A stretch of DNA of 63,349 nt, filler included, from Anaerolineae bacterium (GTDB lineage Bacteria; Chloroflexota; Anaerolineae; Epilineales; Epilineaceae): the NCBI GenBank assembly GCA_029262755.1. It is 7 parts of 7 records of this genome, joined end to end, with 100 filler letters (N's around TTAATTAATTAA, not from the genome) between each part and the next. Parts side by side here need not be neighbours in the genome. Positions count along the whole stretch, not along the records: positions 1 to 9,176 come from JAJCYU010000262.1; positions 9,277 to 15,938 come from JAJCYU010000263.1; 5 more parts are not named here. One strand, written 5' to 3'. The notes under the pieces were generated by a model. It ran no database searches and had not been told where the DNA came from. It was given only the letters and a program-made list of their open reading frames with translations. Position 1 is the first letter of the stretch; each line of letters begins with the position of its first letter. Of the stretch, positions 1 to 9,392 are shown piece by piece. Position numbers and translations under genes: made by a program.

Positions 1-966
1 CTCTTTCAGGTGGAGGTCTACGCGCTGGCGCTCTTCGCCGACTACAGCGCGCACGGCGATGCGGCGCGCGCTGCCTGGTCCGCGCTCTCGCTGGTCTTGA
101 TCGCCGGCGGCGGCGTGCTGATATCCTTCGCGTGGCTGCGCCGCAGCGCGTCGCGCACGACGTGGCGCCCAGATGCGCGGCGAACCTCGGGTTCGCGGGC
201 GTCCGCGCTGCGGTGGCCGCCTGCTTGGCGCGCAGCGCGCTTCCTTGGCGCCGCCTCCCTCGCGCTGCACCTGGCAATTCCGGTCGTGTTCCTTGCCGTT
301 GCGGTCGGCACGCTCGAGCGCATGGCCGGAACGATCTCGTCCGCCGGTGGTGAGATCCGCTACTCGCTCTTGATCGCAGGCGGCACCGTTGTGCTCGGGC
401 TACCGCTTGCGCTCGCCGCCGCTCGCCGGCTCGCTCGCGGAGCGCGGTGGGAGTGGCTGCTCGTCCTGGTGCCGCTTGCCTTGCCGGCACCGCTCGTGGC
501 CGTCGGCTGGATCACGCTCTGGAATCGGCCCGGAATCTCCGGGGCCGTGTACGATGCAGGGGCAGGGCCCGTGCTGGTGGCCCTAGCGCGCTTCCTGCCC
601 TTCGCCGCGCTCGCGCTGTTGGCCTGGCGCCGCCGACGTGATCCGCTGCTCTCCGAGGCCGCACGCGTCCTCGTCCCATCCTGGACACGCCGAGTGCTCG
701 CCGTCGACCTGCCGATCGCCGCGCCCGGTTTGGCCGCGGCTGGTGCGTTGCTCTTTGCGCTTACGCTCGGCGAGCTGGGCGCCACCCTGCTCGTCGTGCC
801 GCCCGGTCATGAGACCGTAGCCATGCGGGTGTTCAGCTACCTGCACTACGGCGCCGGTCATGCCGTGGCGGGACTATGCCTCGCCCTGGCGGTCCTCGTC
901 GCAGCGACGGCAGCGCTCGGTCTCGTCGCCGTCCTGCCGCCTGCGCACGGACATCCTCGTGGGTGA
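1..966 (+). CDS. ABC transporter permease, Fe(III)/FbpB-like (5' truncated by window edge)
   Basis: Multiple TM segments; EAA-like loop (LSEAARVL); 'ALTLGELGATLLVVPPGHET' typical of FbpB-type permeases; adjacent ABC ATPase. Frame is open to base 1. Confidence 0.8.
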   Translation, partial: LFQVEVYALALFADYSAHGDAARAAWSALSLVLIAGGGVLISFAWLRRSASRTTWRPDARRTSGSRASALRWPPAWRAARFLGAASLALHLAIPVVFLAVAVGTLERMAGTISSAGGEIRYSLLIAGGTVVLGLPLALAAARRLARGARWEWLLVLVPLALPAPLVAVGWITLWNRPGISGAVYDAGAGPVLVALARFLPFAALALLAWRRRRDPLLSEAARVLVPSWTRRVLAVDLPIAAPGLAAAGALLFALTLGELGATLLVVPPGHETVAMRVFSYLHYGAGHAVAGLCLALAVLVAATAALGLVAVLPPAHGHPRG

Positions 967-1819
967 GAAAGCCGCGGAGCACACCGCGGGGCACGCTGCT
1001 ACGAACACCGCGGGGCACACCGCGGAGCACACTGCGGAGCACACCGCTACGGGCACCACTGATCTCCCTGCTACGGACACCTCAGAGCACGCTGCTTCGC
1101 ACACCGCTGCGCGCCTGGTCGTAGCGGGTCTCTCGGTCGTGTTGGGTGGCCACGCCGTGCTCGATGGCTTGGACCTCTCCGTTCGGCCGGGTGAGATCGT
1201 GGCGATCCAAGGCCGTTCAGGTAGCGGGAAGTCGACCCTCTTGCGGCTGATCGCCGGCCTCGATGCGCCCGCGAGCGGTACGATCACCATCGACGGCCGA
1301 AGCATGAACGGCGGACGCCACATCGAGCCGCCCCACGCTCGTGGCATCGGCTTTCTGTTCCAGCGAGCCGCCCTGTGGCCGCATCTTCGCGTGCGGGACA
1401 ACATCGCGTGCGCCGTCGCAACCGGCACGCGCACAGTGCGCGCCGCCCGCGCGACAGAACTTCTCGCCGCGGTCGGAATCGCGCAGCTGGCCGACCGCTA
1501 TCCGGATGAGATCTCGGGCGGGGAAGCGCGAAGGGTAGCTCTCGCCCGCGCCCTGGCGGCCCGCCCCGGCTTGGTCTTGCTCGACGAGCCGCTGGCGAGC
1601 GTCGACGCGGAGCGCCGCGCCGAGCTGCGAGAGCTCATCGCCGGTGTGGTCTCGATGGACGGCGCGAGTGCAGCGAATGCGTCGCGAGCGGCGCATGGGG
1701 CCCCCCTCGCGACCGACGAAATCGCGCCCGCCGTTGTGTGGGTCACGCACGATCCGGACGAGGCGGCCATCGTCGCACATCGGGTGTTGCGGTTACAGGA
1801 CGGGAGGCTGCACGCATGA
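959..1819 (+). CDS. ABC transporter ATP-binding protein with His-containing N-terminal repeat
   Basis: Walker A GRSGSGKS, Q-loop LFQ, signature ISGGE, Walker B/D-loop LLDEPLASVD, H-loop VTHD. GTG at 959 overlaps the permease 3' end; exact start uncertain. Confidence 0.88.
   Translation: MGEKAAEHTAGHAATNTAGHTAEHTAEHTATGTTDLPATDTSEHAASHTAARLVVAGLSVVLGGHAVLDGLDLSVRPGEIVAIQGRSGSGKSTLLRLIAGLDAPASGTITIDGRSMNGGRHIEPPHARGIGFLFQRAALWPHLRVRDNIACAVATGTRTVRAARATELLAAVGIAQLADRYPDEISGGEARRVALARALAARPGLVLLDEPLASVDAERRAELRELIAGVVSMDGASAANASRAAHGAPLATDEIAPAVVWVTHDPDEAAIVAHRVLRLQDGRLHA
971..1056 (+). repeat. Degenerate 12-bp tandem repeat (ccgcggagcaca-like) encoding AEHT/AGHT units
   Basis: Translation AAEHTAGHAATNTAGHTAEHTAEHTATGT. 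Confidence 0.75.
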
Positions 1820-4335
1820 GGCGTTCTCGGCTACGAATTGACATAAGGGCATTGCGCCTGCTGGTCACGCATGGAGGAGTCCATGCGGCGTACCGCGGCG
1901 CATCCCGTGCGCCCGGTGCGCTGCGCCGCCGGCTCCTTGCCGGGTCGTGCGCCCTCGGGTTGCTCAGCGCGCTCGCATGGGCGCCTGCCCGGGCCCAGCA
2001 GGGCGCGCTGCCGGATCGCGAGGACCTTGCCGAGGCCTGCGACCAAGACGAAGAGCACAACCCGTGGCTGGCGGCTGTGTGCTACCCGCGCATCTCGGAT
2101 ATGTCGACGCCCACCGGGAGCGAGGCCGTCGTCATGATCTTCCGCGATACGCCGGCTGAATCGCCGATCTACGGCGTCGCCAGCTATGGGCGGATTGGGG
2201 CGGTTTACGGCCTGGCCTTCAGCCGCCCGCAACATGCGCTATACGCCGCGACCTTCCAGAAGCGCGCGGTCGTGCCGCTCGGGCCCAACGGGGCGATCTA
2301 CCGCATTGACCTTGCAACGAACGCGGTCGAGCGCGTTATCGTGGTGCCCAACGCAGGCCGAGCCGGCCATTCGGGAATCGCGGACCAGGACGAACAGGGC
2401 CGCGATGCCGTCGGCAAGAACAGCCTCGGCGATCTGGACCTGAACGATGCGCACGATGAACTCTTCGTCGTGAACCTCAACGATCGCCGGATCTATCGCT
2501 ACAGCCTGCCCGACCACGCGCCGCTCGGATCCTTCGACCACGGCGCCGTAGGCGAAGCATGGGCGGAAGACGCGCGACCGTTTGGCCTGCGCATCCACGC
2601 GGGTCGGGTGTATCACGGGCTCGTTCATAGCGCCGAGGAGACGCGGCTACGCGCCGATCTCGAGGCACGTGTCTACTCTTCGCTGCCGGACGGCACCGAT
2701 ATGCGCCTGGAGGCCGCATGGCCGCTCAGCTATCCCCGCGGCGTGGCCCGGATCGCGACGACCGTCAACGTGCAAGAACCCACGGTCGACGTGTCCCTCG
2801 ACTGGCTACCGTGGCTCGACGGCGAGCAGATCCTGCGCGAAGGCGACGTACAGACCGCGCTCTATCCGCAACCGATTCTGGCTGACCTGGAGTTCGGCGC
2901 CGGTGGTCAGCTCATCGCGGGCCTACGTGACCGACGTGCCGATATGAGCATCGGCTTCCAGTTCACGAACGGTACCCGGATCCTCAAGCCGGGTCTCGGC
3001 CTGGGCGACGTGCTGCGTGGCGATTCCCGCGGGCCCGAACCCGGGGCGGGCTGGAGCGTCGCCACCGATCCCGAGCCCTACCATGACCGCACGAGCTTGG
3101 CCGACGAAAGCGTGGTCGGCGGCCTCGCGCGCATCCCGCTACGGGACCAGGTCGTCGCGGCCGCTGTCTTCAACCTCGATCCCAGCTTGCCCTCCCCGGA
3201 TCAGATCGTCGGCGGCGCGGTCTGGTACACCAACGCCGACGATTCGCTTGGCCGTGCCGGCCAGCGTCGCGGCGTGGAAGCACTTTGCATGGGCCGAGTG
3301 CAGGCACGCCCCCTCGCGTCCGTGCTCGGAGGCAGCAATTCCGGTCCGGAAGCCCGCCTCGCCTGGGACGGTCTAGCGCGCCTCGCCGCGCCGGATCTTG
3401 CCCGGCTCGCGGGCGACGGCCTCCGCCCGAAACCCGGCGACGATTCCGACCACAGAGAGGGCGACGTTCTTACCGACATGGCGCACGCCCCGACCGGCAT
3501 CCAACACAGCGAATGGCAGCCGGCCCGCACGATCGGCGACATCGAAGCGCTATGCGGCCCGGCGCCCGTCGGCCCGCCGCCGCCACCACCACCGCCGAGC
3601 CCAACGCCCACGCCGACGAACACGCCCACGGTCACCCCGACGCCGACCAACACGCCGACGCCGACCCCGACCCCAACGCCGACGCCGGCGCGGATCTACC
3701 TGCCGATCGCGGTCTCGGACCACTGCGACCCGACCGTGCGTAGCGCAGACGTGGTGCTGGTGCTGGACGCGTCGACCTCGATGCTCGACCCCACCCGTGC
3801 CGGTCGCTCCAAGGTCGAGGCGATGGTGGAGGCCGCAGGGCGCTTCGTGGACCGCATGGTCTTCCCCGGTGATCGCGCGGCCATCGTGACCTTCAACGCC
3901 GACGCGCGCGTCCTGCAGCCCCTGACGGGCGACGAAGCGGCGCTGCGCGCTGCGCTCGCCCGGATCGAGAACGTGGAGCTGACGCGCATCCACCGCGGCT
4001 TGGCAGCCGCGCACGATCTGCTCGTGACCACCCCACGCGATGCGGACACCACGCCGACGATCATCCTGCTGACCGACGGGCGCAGCAACCCCGATCCGGT
4101 ACAACGCGCCATCGACGCCGCCGCGGACGCGAAGGCGGACGGAATCGTGATCTTCACGATCGGCCTTGGCGACGACGTCGAGCGCGATGCGCTTCGCGCG
4201 GTCGCGAGCCGGCCCGAGTTCTTCCGCTGGGCGCCGGACGGCGAGGATCTCGCGGAGGTCTATGAGCGTATCGCGGGCGAGATTCCCTGTCCGCCGTCCG
4301 CCTTCTGGCCATACCCCGGGCGGGGTGGACCGTGA
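1816..4335 (+). CDS. Exported protein: N-terminal beta-rich domain, Pro/Thr linker, C-terminal vWA domain
   Basis: ATGA overlap with the ATPase stop; signal-like segment ALGLLSALAWAPARA; (PT)n linker; vWA MIDAS DASTS and LLTDG. Confidence 0.85.
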   Translation: MRRSRLRIDIRALRLLVTHGGVHAAYRGASRAPGALRRRLLAGSCALGLLSALAWAPARAQQGALPDREDLAEACDQDEEHNPWLAAVCYPRISDMSTPTGSEAVVMIFRDTPAESPIYGVASYGRIGAVYGLAFSRPQHALYAATFQKRAVVPLGPNGAIYRIDLATNAVERVIVVPNAGRAGHSGIADQDEQGRDAVGKNSLGDLDLNDAHDELFVVNLNDRRIYRYSLPDHAPLGSFDHGAVGEAWAEDARPFGLRIHAGRVYHGLVHSAEETRLRADLEARVYSSLPDGTDMRLEAAWPLSYPRGVARIATTVNVQEPTVDVSLDWLPWLDGEQILREGDVQTALYPQPILADLEFGAGGQLIAGLRDRRADMSIGFQFTNGTRILKPGLGLGDVLRGDSRGPEPGAGWSVATDPEPYHDRTSLADESVVGGLARIPLRDQVVAAAVFNLDPSLPSPDQIVGGAVWYTNADDSLGRAGQRRGVEALCMGRVQARPLASVLGGSNSGPEARLAWDGLARLAAPDLARLAGDGLRPKPGDDSDHREGDVLTDMAHAPTGIQHSEWQPARTIGDIEALCGPAPVGPPPPPPPPSPTPTPTNTPTVTPTPTNTPTPTPTPTPTPARIYLPIAVSDHCDPTVRSADVVLVLDASTSMLDPTRAGRSKVEAMVEAAGRFVDRMVFPGDRAAIVTFNADARVLQPLTGDEAALRAALARIENVELTRIHRGLAAAHDLLVTTPRDADTTPTIILLTDGRSNPDPVQRAIDAAADAKADGIVIFTIGLGDDVERDALRAVASRPEFFRWAPDGEDLAEVYERIAGEIPCPPSAFWPYPGRGGP

Positions 4336-7001
4336 GCCGCCATCGCGATGTGGCATGTGCCGTGTGCCGGCGCATCGCGACGCGCCATGCGATCTCTCGA
4401 CCACAACGGCGGATCGCAAGCACCGTCGCGACCGGGCGCGTTCAACGCGTGATCTCCGTGTCCGGGGCGACCCTGACGCTCCTCGCAGTGAACATGCTGC
4501 CGATTCCCGCCTCCCTTGCTCCCTGCCCCGTGGTTGCAGACCAAGTGCGCAATGCACCGTGGGCGCGTTATGACCCGGAAGCGACGGTAGGTTCCGTCGC
4601 GAGGGATAGCTCGGGCGAGACGGGCAGCACAGTCACGACCGATACCTCCGTCGCGAGGGCTCTGGTGATCGACGAGCGACCGAGCGCGTTCTGCGATCCA
4701 GCGCTTACGGATGCCGGGCGCATCCACACCATGATCGCGCCGCCACGTGCCTACGCCGCTCCCCTTCCGCAACCGGCCACGCCCCCGATCGGGCCCGCTC
4801 CAGGTGGCACCGCCACGCCGCGCCCGACGTCCGGGCCGCCGCTACCGACATCGCCGCCGGTTGCACCCTTCGAGTTGCTCGGCCAACTCGGTAGCTTCGG
4901 GCAGTTCAACGCCGTAGCTGCCGAAGGCACGACTGCCTGGATCGGCAAGGGGCGAACGGTCGAGGTTATCGACGCGAGCGACCCGTTGCGGCTCGTGCTG
5001 ATCGGTGCGAGCCCGATCCTGCCCGCACCCGTCAAGGACGTCGCGTTGCACGGCGACGTGATCTACGTGGCCCTCGGTCCGGAAGGCGTCGGCATCCTGG
5101 AACGGGGCTCCGCGCCGTCGCTCCGCTCGGTCTACGACACACCGGGCGACGCACAACACCTGCTCCTGGACGCACATCGCGACGGCCAACGCCTCTACGT
5201 GGCCGACGGCTTGGGCGGGGTGCGGATCCTGGACGTTTCGGAGCCCTTCGCGCCGCAACTGCTCGGCGCTTACGACACGTGGCGCGCAAGCCGCATGAGC
5301 GCGGTCGACGGTGACCTGCTCGTCGTCTCCGAGATCGACGCCTTCGACGTGGGCGTGACCACCGTGGACATTGCGGATCCCGCGCAGCCACGAGAGCTGG
5401 CGTTCTACCGCACGCTCGGCGGCGCTGGAGGCATTGCGCTGCGCGGCGGCAGGGCTTTGCTCGCCTCCGGCGCGTTCTTGCGCGATCTCGATGTACGCGA
5501 TCCGAGGCAACCCGTGCAGCGCGGCATGTTTCCGCCGCGCCCGGCGGGAGTCGGCGTCGTCACGGAGCCGTCTCCCGCCCTGATCTGGCGCGGCGACGTG
5601 GCCTACGCGGCGCTGTGGGCGCGGGGACTGCGCGTGTACGACGTGCGCAATCCCGCGCAGCCGACGATCCTGCTCTCGATCGACACGCTCGGCACGGCCG
5701 TCGATCTGTCCTTGGCGGGCGACTCACTGTGGCTGGCGGATGGAGCGGCCGGGGTACACCTCTACGACGTCTCCAATCCGCGCAGCCCGCAGGCGCAGGG
5801 CGTATACGGCGGGTCCGTCGGAAAACCTGTCTCGATCGGCGCTACCGACGGGCGGGTGGTGGTGGGCAACGACACAAGCGGATCGACCACGACCGATGCC
5901 GTCACGGTGGTCGACGTGCGCGTGCCGGAGGCTCCCTTCCCGGTGGGAGGCGAGGCGCAACCGGGCCTGCCGGTGGACATCGCGCTCTCCGGTACCTACG
6001 CCCTTGTGGCGTCATCTGCAACGAACAGTCGCTGCGAGAGCGCGTTGCCCGGCCAATGCGGACTCCATATCGTCGACGTCGCGGATCCCACCGATCCGCG
6101 CGGCGTCGGAGGCGCCGCTCTCGACTACATGGGCCGGGCGGTCGTCGCCGACGGTCGATTCGCCTACCTGGCCACGGGCCGCGGACTGCACCGCGTCGGG
6201 GGTCGTCTCGTGACCGCCTTGCCGGCGCTGCGCGTCATCGATATCGACAAGCCGCTGCGCCCCGCGGAGCGCGGTGCGGCGGAGGACCTCGTCGACCCGC
6301 AGGATGTCGTGCTCGACGCCGAGCGGCAGCTGGTGATCGTCGCTGACGGCACAGGTGGATTGCGTATCGTTGACGTTGCCAACCCGCGCAGCCCCCGTGC
6401 CCAAGGTGTCCTAGGTCTGGACGCAGGCGAGACGGCCATGGCCGTGGCGCACGACGTGGAGCCGAACCGCGTCTGGCTGGCCGGAAACGGCTTCATCCGC
6501 TTGGTTGACGTTGCGGATCCGTGGCGGCCGACCGTCATCGGAACGACGCGCGTGGGCGGCACGATTCAGGCACTCGCACACGATGGCGGGCTCGTGTTGG
6601 CCGGTGTGACCGGCGGAGAGGCGGAGCGAGGGGTGTGGGCCTACAGCCACGACGGTGTTGGCGGCGCGCTGCCCGCCGCGCGATGGCCCGAAATGCCCAT
6701 CAACGACCTGGACCATCGTGCCGGCGTGACCTATGCAACCTCGTCCGACGGAGCCGTGGTTCTGCTGCAACTGCAGAACACCACGGATGTCACGGCCACG
6801 CCTACGCTGCTACCGCCAGCGCCCACCGCGTCCCCGACCGGCGGACCGCCGGCCGGTGCGTCGCCGACGGCCATCCCAACGGCTACGCGCGCCGCGCCCT
6901 CCTCCTCTCCCATGCCCTCCCCCTCCGCGACCCCACCGACCGCGGGCACGCCATCTGTTCGCGACCCGGCCTTCGTCGTGCTCCCGTGGTTGATCCGGTG
7001 A
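4332..7001 (+). CDS. Exported LVIVD-repeat beta-propeller protein
   Basis: Many 'LYVADG..GxRIxDVSxP' repeats; Pro/Thr-rich ends; C-terminus FVVLPWLIR. GTG overlaps the upstream stop; start uncertain. Confidence 0.85.
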   Translation: MSRHRDVACAVCRRIATRHAISRPQRRIASTVATGRVQRVISVSGATLTLLAVNMLPIPASLAPCPVVADQVRNAPWARYDPEATVGSVARDSSGETGSTVTTDTSVARALVIDERPSAFCDPALTDAGRIHTMIAPPRAYAAPLPQPATPPIGPAPGGTATPRPTSGPPLPTSPPVAPFELLGQLGSFGQFNAVAAEGTTAWIGKGRTVEVIDASDPLRLVLIGASPILPAPVKDVALHGDVIYVALGPEGVGILERGSAPSLRSVYDTPGDAQHLLLDAHRDGQRLYVADGLGGVRILDVSEPFAPQLLGAYDTWRASRMSAVDGDLLVVSEIDAFDVGVTTVDIADPAQPRELAFYRTLGGAGGIALRGGRALLASGAFLRDLDVRDPRQPVQRGMFPPRPAGVGVVTEPSPALIWRGDVAYAALWARGLRVYDVRNPAQPTILLSIDTLGTAVDLSLAGDSLWLADGAAGVHLYDVSNPRSPQAQGVYGGSVGKPVSIGATDGRVVVGNDTSGSTTTDAVTVVDVRVPEAPFPVGGEAQPGLPVDIALSGTYALVASSATNSRCESALPGQCGLHIVDVADPTDPRGVGGAALDYMGRAVVADGRFAYLATGRGLHRVGGRLVTALPALRVIDIDKPLRPAERGAAEDLVDPQDVVLDAERQLVIVADGTGGLRIVDVANPRSPRAQGVLGLDAGETAMAVAHDVEPNRVWLAGNGFIRLVDVADPWRPTVIGTTRVGGTIQALAHDGGLVLAGVTGGEAERGVWAYSHDGVGGALPAARWPEMPINDLDHRAGVTYATSSDGAVVLLQLQNTTDVTATPTLLPPAPTASPTGGPPAGASPTAIPTATRAAPSSSPMPSPSATPPTAGTPSVRDPAFVVLPWLIR

Positions 7002-7780
7002 TCGTCCCCGACGCGGTCCTCGCTGCCTACGATCGTTTCGCGGACGTGTACGATCGGCATTGGGGCGCCATGATGACCGCGCCCGTACTGCGTATGGTCG
7101 AAGAGCACTTGATCGGGCAGGACAAGGACGCGGCAACGCCCGCCACCGTGCTCGATCTGTGCTGCGGCACCGGGCAACTCGCCGCCGCGCTGCTGGCAAA
7201 CGGGCACGCCGTGGTGGGCGTCGACGGCTCGGCCGCGATGCTCGCCCACGCCGCGCGGCGTGCGCCGGAGGCCGTCTTGCTGCATCAGGATGTTCGGCAA
7301 CTGCAGCTGGACCAGCCCGTCGACGCCGTGGTGAGCGCATTCGACAGCCTGAACCATCTTCCTGATGTCGAGGACTTTCGCGCGACGATGCAGCGCGTGT
7401 TCGCCTGTATGCGGCCCGGCGCAGGCTTCCTCTTCGACCTGAATACCGAAGAGGGCTTTCGCGAGCGCTTCGCGGACGACTTCTCGATCACCGAAGACAA
7501 CCTCGTCCTCACGGCCCGCGGCGGCTTCGACGGCGAGGTCGGTAGCTATCGTATCGCCTGGCTGAGCCCCGAGGAACGAACATCGGACGAGGTAGCGACG
7601 GGTCGCGTCTGGCGTCGCTACGACGTGGAGCTGGCGCAGCGCTGCTTCCCCAGGGAGGTTGTGCTGGCCGCCTTGCACGACGCAGGCTTCCTCGACGTAC
7701 GCACCTTCGACGCGGTCGCCGATGTCGGAATGGCCGGCCACGTCGGCCGTCGGTTCTACCTGGCGCGCGTGCCGGCATGA
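6998..7780 (+). CDS. Class I SAM-dependent methyltransferase
   Basis: Motif I VLDLCCGTG, GVDGSAAML, FDSLNH; GTGA overlap with the upstream stop. Confidence 0.9.
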   Translation: MIVPDAVLAAYDRFADVYDRHWGAMMTAPVLRMVEEHLIGQDKDAATPATVLDLCCGTGQLAAALLANGHAVVGVDGSAAMLAHAARRAPEAVLLHQDVRQLQLDQPVDAVVSAFDSLNHLPDVEDFRATMQRVFACMRPGAGFLFDLNTEEGFRERFADDFSITEDNLVLTARGGFDGEVGSYRIAWLSPEERTSDEVATGRVWRRYDVELAQRCFPREVVLAALHDAGFLDVRTFDAVADVGMAGHVGRRFYLARVPA

Positions 7781-7831
7781 GCGGTCGCTAGGACCAGCCA
7801 CCCCCGGACGCCAAGAAATCGATCTCGTGGG

Positions 7832-9175
7832 CTACGAACCGCCCGCTCCGACCGACCACGGCAGGTACACCGGGCCACCGATGATGCGCACGTTTGTTTC
7901 TCCGACGTGACTATGGGCGGCGCCCGTCGTGACCTCGACGCGCACCGTGCGCGCTCCTTGCGCTGCGTAGCGCAAACGCAGTCGCGGTTCCGTGGTGACG
8001 ATCACCGGGCGCCCATCCCCCGCGTCCCAGCGCCACCCAACGATCTCGACGCCCGCCGGGACGGTGCTTTCAGCTCGGAACTCGATCCACTCGTCGGCTT
8101 CGGCTCTCGCCGGGCCCTCGACGCGGACGGTGACGTCATCGGACTCGGTCGCCCAACGCCACACGTCGCCGAGCAACTGCGCGCGCGAGATGCCGCCGTC
8201 GACCGGCGTGACGGCCTCCAGGCCGAAGCCGGCGAACAGCGCGCGCCAGGGCACGGCCGGATCGCGCTGCGGCGCGCTGAGCCGGGCGTCGCCCGCGACC
8301 TCGATCATCGCGGCGCCCTGGCCGTCGATCTCGATCATCGGCCGCGCGCGCCGGATCGCGTGCTCGGCAACGAGCGGCGCGGAGATTCCCAGATCGGGTG
8401 GTGCTTGGTTGCCGGCCGCAGCGGTGGTCACGCTCGCGAGCGGCCGGCCAAAGTCCAACACGCCGCCGTTGCCCGCCGCATCGGGACCCGCCTCGGTCGC
8501 GAGATGCACGGGGGCTTCGAAGAGCCGCGACGGTAGCAAGTCGCCCTCCGGCGCCACGTCGTCCGCGATTCGGTCGAAGCCGGCGAAGTAGCGCGGCAGA
8601 ATGTGCATCGAGCCGCTGTTTTGTAGGTCTAGGGACGCGTTTAGCGTGTGGGGCAGGTTCCAGCCGCTGGCCAGCAGGCGGCCACCGCCCAGGAGGTACA
8701 TCTGTAGTGCAGTCATGCCCCCCGGCAGCGCATCGAGCGGTGCGTCGCCGTCACCGGCGGCGAGAAGGACGAGCCGGTAGCGCTGTAGCGTCGACAGGGG
8801 CGGCGTGCCCGCTTGTTGACCGTCAGCCACGTGCCACACGTCGTAGCGCAAGCCGAGTGTGTCCAACGCGTCGGTCCAATAGCCCGCGACATCCGGTCCA
8901 TCGCTCAAGCCGCCGCCACCCGGAAGGCCGGGGATGGCGCCTCCGCCGCTACGCTGCCGCCGCACGGAGAGCAGCAACACGTCGCGTGCAGGCTCGGTGA
9001 TACGCAGATGCCACGTGAAGCGGACCGTGCGCGTCCCGTCGTCCAGGACGATGCGGCCGTCGTAGGAGCCTGCGGGAAGCCCCTCGAGCATCCAGACGGG
9101 ATCCAACCAAGCCTCACCGCCTTCCGGGACGTTCAAGGTCGCAGGGAGTTCGGGCGCGAGTGGGGCCGGCGCGAC
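7832..9175 (-). CDS. C-terminal part of a large exported protein with a PKD-like domain (5' end lost in linker)
   Basis: Frame open to the segment end; PKD-like 'WRWDAGDG...Y...G..TVRVEV'; ends GGPVYLPWSVGAGGS. Confidence 0.7.
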   Translation of the reverse strand, partial: VAPAPLAPELPATLNVPEGGEAWLDPVWMLEGLPAGSYDGRIVLDDGTRTVRFTWHLRITEPARDVLLLSVRRQRSGGGAIPGLPGGGGLSDGPDVAGYWTDALDTLGLRYDVWHVADGQQAGTPPLSTLQRYRLVLLAAGDGDAPLDALPGGMTALQMYLLGGGRLLASGWNLPHTLNASLDLQNSGSMHILPRYFAGFDRIADDVAPEGDLLPSRLFEAPVHLATEAGPDAAGNGGVLDFGRPLASVTTAAAGNQAPPDLGISAPLVAEHAIRRARPMIEIDGQGAAMIEVAGDARLSAPQRDPAVPWRALFAGFGLEAVTPVDGGISRAQLLGDVWRWATESDDVTVRVEGPARAEADEWIEFRAESTVPAGVEIVGWRWDAGDGRPVIVTTEPRLRLRYAAQGARTVRVEVTTGAAHSHVGETNVRIIGGPVYLPWSVGAGGS

Positions 9176-9176
9176 G

Positions 9177-9276
9177 NNNNNNNNNNNNNNNNNNNNNNNN
9201 NNNNNNNNNNNNNNNNNNNNTTAATTAATTAANNNNNNNNNNNNNNNNNNNNNNNNNNNNNNNNNNNNNNNNNNNN
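9177..9276. other. Artificial contig/scaffold linker
   Basis: N-run with central TTAATTAATTAA (stops in all six frames). Confidence 0.98.
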
Positions 9277-9392
9277 CTCCATTTCGCTGCCATGGCTGCT
9301 GGATGATGCCTAGCCGCTTGGCCGGCCTCGCTCGAGGCTCGAGGGACCAACCACGTTGGCATTCGTCCATCGCCACCAACTTGAGGTCTTTC

